From Bacteroidia bacterium (GTDB lineage Bacteria > Bacteroidota > Bacteroidia > AKYH767-A > OLB10), in contig JBJXGU010000383.1 in NCBI GenBank assembly GCA_046160245.1, positions 1-43,833 on the forward strand: 43,833 nucleotides of DNA. Direction: 5' to 3'. Below, piece by piece: positions 39,354-43,833 of this stretch (the stretch's first letter is position 1; each line of letters begins with the position of its first letter). The position numbers were made by a program, and so were the translations under genes. Under the pieces are notes generated by a model, which was given only the letters and a program-made list of their open reading frames with translations, ran no database searches and was not told where the DNA came from.

Positions 39354-39827
39354 ATGAAAAAAAATCATTTAATTTTTGTCTTTGCAATAAGTATCATCAT
39401 CACATCTTGCGGAGAAAATAATTCTAAAAAAAACATCGAGCAAGTTGACCCAGACATTGTCAACATTGATGCTACTGCTTCCGGAAACGAAGTTAAATCT
39501 AAATCTGCCAAATTTTCCTTTGAAGAAAGCAATTTCGATTTTGGAACCATTAATTCAGGAGATGAAATTGTTCATGTCTTCAAATTTAAAAACGCAGGGG
39601 ATGACGATTTAATTATTTCTCAAGTAAAAGGATCGTGCGGTTGTACGCAACCCGAATATACGCAAAACCCAGTTCATCCTGGCGATGAAGGTGAAATAAA
39701 AGTAACTTTTAGAAGCAAGGGTATTGCGGGGCAAGTGGTAAAAGACATTACCATTTTAGCAAACACAGTTCCCACGACTAAAATTTTAACCATTAGCGGC
39801 GAAGTTTTGGCGGTGAAAGAAAAATAA
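39354..39827 (+). CDS. DUF1573 domain lipoprotein
   Basis: Lipobox ITSC; FDFG.I..G....H.F.F.N.G...L.I..V..SCGCT. Confidence 0.88.
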   Translation: MKKNHLIFVFAISIIITSCGENNSKKNIEQVDPDIVNIDATASGNEVKSKSAKFSFEESNFDFGTINSGDEIVHVFKFKNAGDDDLIISQVKGSCGCTQPEYTQNPVHPGDEGEIKVTFRSKGIAGQVVKDITILANTVPTTKILTISGEVLAVKEK

Positions 39828-39869
39828 AATTTCGTTCTAAAAATCAATCCATAATAATAAGTTTAATTT

Positions 39870-40196
39870 ATGAGTACATTATCCATTCTACTTCAAGCCG
39901 CTGGCGGCGGTGCTATGCAACAAATGATGATGATATTAATGATCATCGTTGTATTTTATTTTTTCATGATTCGTCCTCAGATGAAAAAAACGAAATTGGA
40001 AAAACAATTTAAAGAAAGTATCAAAAAAGGTGACAAGGTGGTTACTATTGGCGGAGTGCATGGCAAAATTATTGAAGTTCAAGAAAAAACTTTTACTCTG
40101 GAAATTGCAGATGATGTAAAAGTTAAGATTGAAAAGTCGGCGATCTCTGCTGAAGTGACCAAGCAATATGCTTCACCAGCAGAAGTGAAGAAGTAA
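39870..40196 (+). CDS. yajC: Preprotein translocase subunit YajC
   Basis: FYFFMIRPQ.KK; KKGDKVVTIGG.HG. Confidence 0.95.
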   Translation: MSTLSILLQAAGGGAMQQMMMILMIIVVFYFFMIRPQMKKTKLEKQFKESIKKGDKVVTIGGVHGKIIEVQEKTFTLEIADDVKVKIEKSAISAEVTKQYASPAEVKK

Positions 40197-40233
40197 TTCT
40201 TTATTGAATTCTTTCTTTATTTCTTCGTTCTCT

Positions 40234-40264
40234 GACCGAAGTAGTAATAATTACTTCTTCGGTC
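40234..40264 (+). terminator. Hairpin after yajC (possible terminator or processing site), adjacent to a CCTACGCAGTA motif
   Basis: GACCGAAG...CTTCGGTC stem; no strong U-tract. Confidence 0.4.
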
Positions 40265-40341
40265 TTCGACCTACGCAGTATAAATACTTCTTCGGCCTGG
40301 ATATACAAAGTATTCAGTATTTTAGTGTCCACTGAAAGAGC

Positions 40342-41274
40342 ATGAGAAAATTAGCTCAAAAGATCATTTCAAACACCAACCGTCAAGGCGTAAGTTTAAC
40401 GCTTTGCATATTGTTGGCTGCTTTTATTTGGGTGATCAATGCGTTGAACAATGTGCATATCACTTCGGTAACCATTCCGATTGTTTACGACAAAGAGATC
40501 TCCAAAAACAGTACTCACCCCCTTCCTCCATCTATACATGTTGAAATAAAAGGAAGAGGTTTTTCCCTTTGGAGCTTTCATCGAGCTGCACGAAACTTTT
40601 CGATTAATACTCCTTATCTAAACTCAAGAACAAAGGATACTGTTATTTCTTCTAAAGATGCCATTTCTTCATTGCTCTATCATTTTTCGAAAGAGATTAC
40701 CATCTCAGAAATAAAACCTGCTCAACTAAATTTTTCCGGTGTTGAATTTTACTCCAAAAAGTTAGCCGTAAAAGGAAATTTCAAATTGAATTTTCAAACT
40801 CCTTTTATTCAATCGGGTCCATCCATCTATTACCCCGACAGCGTTTGGGTTTATTCCAATAATAAAATCCCAGCGGATGTCACCGATATTTATGCAGAAA
40901 CCGTTACAGAAAAGAATGTTTCTCATTCCATTTTTAAGAAAGCAACATTGAAAAAACCTTTTGAAACTTATCGCTTGTTACAAAATGAAGTTTGGTTGAT
41001 GGTGCCTGTAGAAGAAGGTACTGAAATAGAATTAGACGTTCCTATTCAGACAAAATACGGAGAATTGTTTATTCCTTCTTCAGTTCAATTGACGTGTATG
41101 GTTCCGATGAGCAAATACAACCAAACAAACTACAAGCAGTTCAAAATTATTCAGCTATTGGGATCAGGAAGTGAGAACAAAGCCTTTATTGAAGTAGCTC
41201 ATGCTCCGTATTGGGCAAGTAGAGTGATGATTAAACCACAACAAGTAAACAAGCTTATAAAATCTTTTGATTAA
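40342..41274 (+). CDS. YbbR/CdaR-like membrane-anchored protein
   Basis: N-terminal TM (ILLAAFIW..NAL), V.IKGRGF.L, PDSV; usual position between yajC and coaE in Bacteroidota. Confidence 0.65.
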   Translation: MRKLAQKIISNTNRQGVSLTLCILLAAFIWVINALNNVHITSVTIPIVYDKEISKNSTHPLPPSIHVEIKGRGFSLWSFHRAARNFSINTPYLNSRTKDTVISSKDAISSLLYHFSKEITISEIKPAQLNFSGVEFYSKKLAVKGNFKLNFQTPFIQSGPSIYYPDSVWVYSNNKIPADVTDIYAETVTEKNVSHSIFKKATLKKPFETYRLLQNEVWLMVPVEEGTEIELDVPIQTKYGELFIPSSVQLTCMVPMSKYNQTNYKQFKIIQLLGSGSENKAFIEVAHAPYWASRVMIKPQQVNKLIKSFD

Positions 41275-41884
41275 GATGCTACGTGTTGGAATTACAGGAG
41301 GAATTGGCTCGGGCAAAACTACGGTTTGTAAAATATTTCAAACTTTAGGCATTTCAGTATTTGATGCAGATAGAAGTGCGAAACGGCTAATGGTAGAAAA
41401 TACTGCATTAAAAAATCAACTTATTGATCATTTTGGCGCTTCAACTTTTAGTGCTGATGGGTCATTAAATCGAAAGTACTTAGCTCAAAAAGTTTTTAAT
41501 AATGATCAAGAATTGATGCATCTCAATCAATTGGTTCACCCTTTCGTTTTGAAGGATTATGACAGTTGGCTTGCGAACATTCCACCCGCTCCCTACTCTA
41601 TTCGGGAAGCAGCGATTATGCTTGAATCGGGAACTTACAAAGATTTAGATGTAATTATTTTAATAGATTCACCCGAAGAATTACGGATTAAACGAGTGAT
41701 ACAGAGAGACAAACGCACTGAATCTGAAGTTCAATCGATTATATCTAAGCAGTGGCCTATTGAAAAGAAGCAAAAATTTACTAGCTTTATCATCCAAAAC
41801 AATGAAAAACAATTTCTGATTCCTCAGATATTGCATCTGCATGAACTTTTAATATCGCAAAGTGAACATAGTACCACCGCTTGA
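41267..41884 (+). CDS. coaE: Dephospho-CoA kinase
   Basis: GITGGIGSGKTT, DAD, LNR..LA..VF, VHP, EAA...E, R..RV..RD. Confidence 0.95.
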   Translation: MIKMLRVGITGGIGSGKTTVCKIFQTLGISVFDADRSAKRLMVENTALKNQLIDHFGASTFSADGSLNRKYLAQKVFNNDQELMHLNQLVHPFVLKDYDSWLANIPPAPYSIREAAIMLESGTYKDLDVIILIDSPEELRIKRVIQRDKRTESEVQSIISKQWPIEKKQKFTSFIIQNNEKQFLIPQILHLHELLISQSEHSTTA

Positions 41885-42806
41885 TGCTTCCAGTAAAGGT
41901 TTTCGAATTCCCGGAACCAGCATATTTATAGATCCCAAAGAACCAGTTGCTTGTGCCATCATAAGTCATGCACACGGCGACCATGCTGTGGAAGGACATG
42001 AAACCGTTTATTGCAGCGAGGGAACTGCAGCTTTAATAAAATCAAGATTTAAGTACGCCGCTAAAACAATAAACATAGTTTCGTTTGGCGAACAATTTAC
42101 CGTTCAAGATATTCCATTTAGTTTACATGGTGCAGGCCATATGTTGGGATCTTCACAAATTAAATGGGTGAAAGATGGTATCACGCATGTTTACACAGGT
42201 GATTACAAGCGTGAATTAGATAAAAGTTGCGAGCCATTTGAAATTGTAAAATGTGATGTATTAATTACTGAGGTAACTTTCGGAAAAGAAAATAAAATTC
42301 ATCCTCCTGCAGAAGAAAGTGTAGCCGCTTTATCGAAATACAAAGATGTAAATTTAATGTTGGGAGCTTATAATTTAGGAAAATCTCAACGTCTTACCCG
42401 ACTCATCAACGACATTCATCCTCATCTGCGCGTGATGGTTCACCCAAAGATGATTGCCTATCATAAAATTTATGAGAGCATGGGTTTTGATTTAGGAAAA
42501 TGGGAACCTTACAAACGCGAACAATTCAAGAACGAAAAGGGAATTATTTATTTGGTTCCGCCGCCTGTATTGCTAAATTTTAGGACAGGAACACATTTTT
42601 TGAGAGCATTCGCTACGGGCTGGGACGAGAAGCATTCACGCTATGATTTTCCATTTTATGTGAGTGATCATTCCGATTGGCCTTCGTTAATAAAAACAAT
42701 TTTAGAAAGCGAAGCCAAAATAGTGTATACCATTCATGGTATTGGAGAAGATTTAAAAACGGCACCGGAATTAAAAAGTGTACAAGTTTATACATTATCA
42801 GAGTGA
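41862..42806 (+). CDS. MBL/beta-CASP nuclease (ligase-associated DNA-damage exonuclease-like)
   Basis: ISHAHGDH, AGHMLGS, TGDYK, E.TFG, LGKSQR, SDHSDW, HG. Confidence 0.8.
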   Translation: MNIVPPLDASSKGFRIPGTSIFIDPKEPVACAIISHAHGDHAVEGHETVYCSEGTAALIKSRFKYAAKTINIVSFGEQFTVQDIPFSLHGAGHMLGSSQIKWVKDGITHVYTGDYKRELDKSCEPFEIVKCDVLITEVTFGKENKIHPPAEESVAALSKYKDVNLMLGAYNLGKSQRLTRLINDIHPHLRVMVHPKMIAYHKIYESMGFDLGKWEPYKREQFKNEKGIIYLVPPPVLLNFRTGTHFLRAFATGWDEKHSRYDFPFYVSDHSDWPSLIKTILESEAKIVYTIHGIGEDLKTAPELKSVQVYTLSE

Positions 42807-43833
42807 TAAAAGTCTTTTCTAAAGATCAAATTCGACAAGCAGACGAAGCGACAATTCGTCAAGAAAATATTTCTGAACTTGAATTGATGGAATATGCTGC
42901 TGAATGCTGCACAACTTGGATACTCGAAAATATTCCGCCAGGATTTTCATTTGCTATTTTTTGTGCGAAAGGAAACAATGGTGGAGATGGATTAGCCATA
43001 GCACGACAACTCTTCACCAGAGGGAAAAATATTGATGTTTATTTAGTAGATGGAACCGGAAACGAATCCAATTGCTTTACTCAAAATTTGAAAGCATGGA
43101 AATCGATTTCCGGAAATTCTACAACACTCATTCCCGATTTCAAATCCTTTCCTGAAATGAATTCATCCACCATCATTATTGATGCCCTATTTGGAATTGG
43201 ACTGAGTAGACCTGTTGAATCGCCTGTTGCAGAAATTATTCAAGAAATAAATGCTTCTCAGTGTAAGATTATTTCGATTGATGTCCCCAGCGGACTCTTT
43301 TGTGATCAAGCAACCTCAGATTTAAAAAATGTAGTAGCGGCACATCTTACTTTAACTTTTTCCTTTGCTAAACAAGCATTCTTCTATCCTGAATATTCCC
43401 ATCTCACCGGAAACATTGAAATACTAAATATCAATTTAGACAAAGATTTTGAGCGTAAAACAGCAGCAATAGCGCAAATACCTACCGATGCTACTATACA
43501 TTCGATGCTCGGCACTCGACCTTCGTTTGGACACAAAGGAACTTTCGGACATGCCTTACTGTTAGTAGGAAGTACTGGAAAATCTGGCGCTGCATTACTA
43601 TCTACACAAAGTTGTTTGCGTAGTGGTGTTGGATTAGTTACTGTGAGGACTCCTAAAGATTGTGTTTTACCGATACAAATTGCAGCTCCTGAAGCGATGT
43701 GCAGTGCCGACGAACATTCACACTTCCTAACTGACATTGTAAAACCTGATGGATACAATGCCGTTGGAATTGGTTCTGGAATTGGCATGGATCATCAAAG
43801 TGGAAATGTATTAAAGCGTTTAATTCAAGATTA
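42803..43833 (+). CDS. nnr: Bifunctional NAD(P)H-hydrate epimerase/dehydratase, truncated by the window end (absent from the ORF track)
   Basis: GTG overlapping the upstream TGA; in-frame LMEYAA, GNNGGDG, DALFGIG, DVPSG, HKGTFGH, GAALL, G.GLV, GIGSGIG. Confidence 0.92.
   Translation, partial: MIKVFSKDQIRQADEATIRQENISELELMEYAAECCTTWILENIPPGFSFAIFCAKGNNGGDGLAIARQLFTRGKNIDVYLVDGTGNESNCFTQNLKAWKSISGNSTTLIPDFKSFPEMNSSTIIIDALFGIGLSRPVESPVAEIIQEINASQCKIISIDVPSGLFCDQATSDLKNVVAAHLTLTFSFAKQAFFYPEYSHLTGNIEILNINLDKDFERKTAAIAQIPTDATIHSMLGTRPSFGHKGTFGHALLLVGSTGKSGAALLSTQSCLRSGVGLVTVRTPKDCVLPIQIAAPEAMCSADEHSHFLTDIVKPDGYNAVGIGSGIGMDHQSGNVLKRLIQD

Noticed and set aside
1429-42795. Numerous 60-83-aa ORFs nested in or antisense to long genes
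   Set aside because: They overlap well-supported CDSs and have no independent motifs
43384-43788. 134-aa minus-strand ORF
   Set aside because: Antisense shadow of the nnr gene

Overview
AT-rich chromosomal window from a Bacteroidota bacterium, judged from TAnnTTTG-type -7 promoter boxes and type IX secretion (T9SS) genes. From left to right it holds: (1) a Crp/Fnr-associated sulfur/persulfide cluster (TauE, two CstB-like persulfide dioxygenase-rhodanese paralogs, a single rhodanese); (2) ftsK-lolA; (3) a 2599-aa PKD/Ig-repeat protein with a T9SS type-B C-terminal domain (CTD); (4) idi and a small T9SS cargo; (5) an accessory segment of about 4 kb next to the 3' end of tRNA-Ser(TGA), which carries a tailspike-like, S74-chaperone, T9SS-CTD protein and is flanked by covarying hairpin repeats; (6) GWxTD, GT2 and FAH genes; (7) a type-B T9SS cassette (cargo, PorP/SprF, PorE-like, cargo) and a REC-HPt protein; (8) housekeeping genes (PUR/DUF3276, ABC exporter, Leu dehydrogenase, nusB, DUF1573, yajC, YbbR-like, coaE, beta-CASP nuclease, truncated nnr). 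No integrase, transposase or CRISPR-cas genes are visible. The strongest unexplained signal is the modular, structurally conserved non-coding repeat array at 18697-18817 and 22183-22800. All calls come from reading motifs by eye; no database searches were run.
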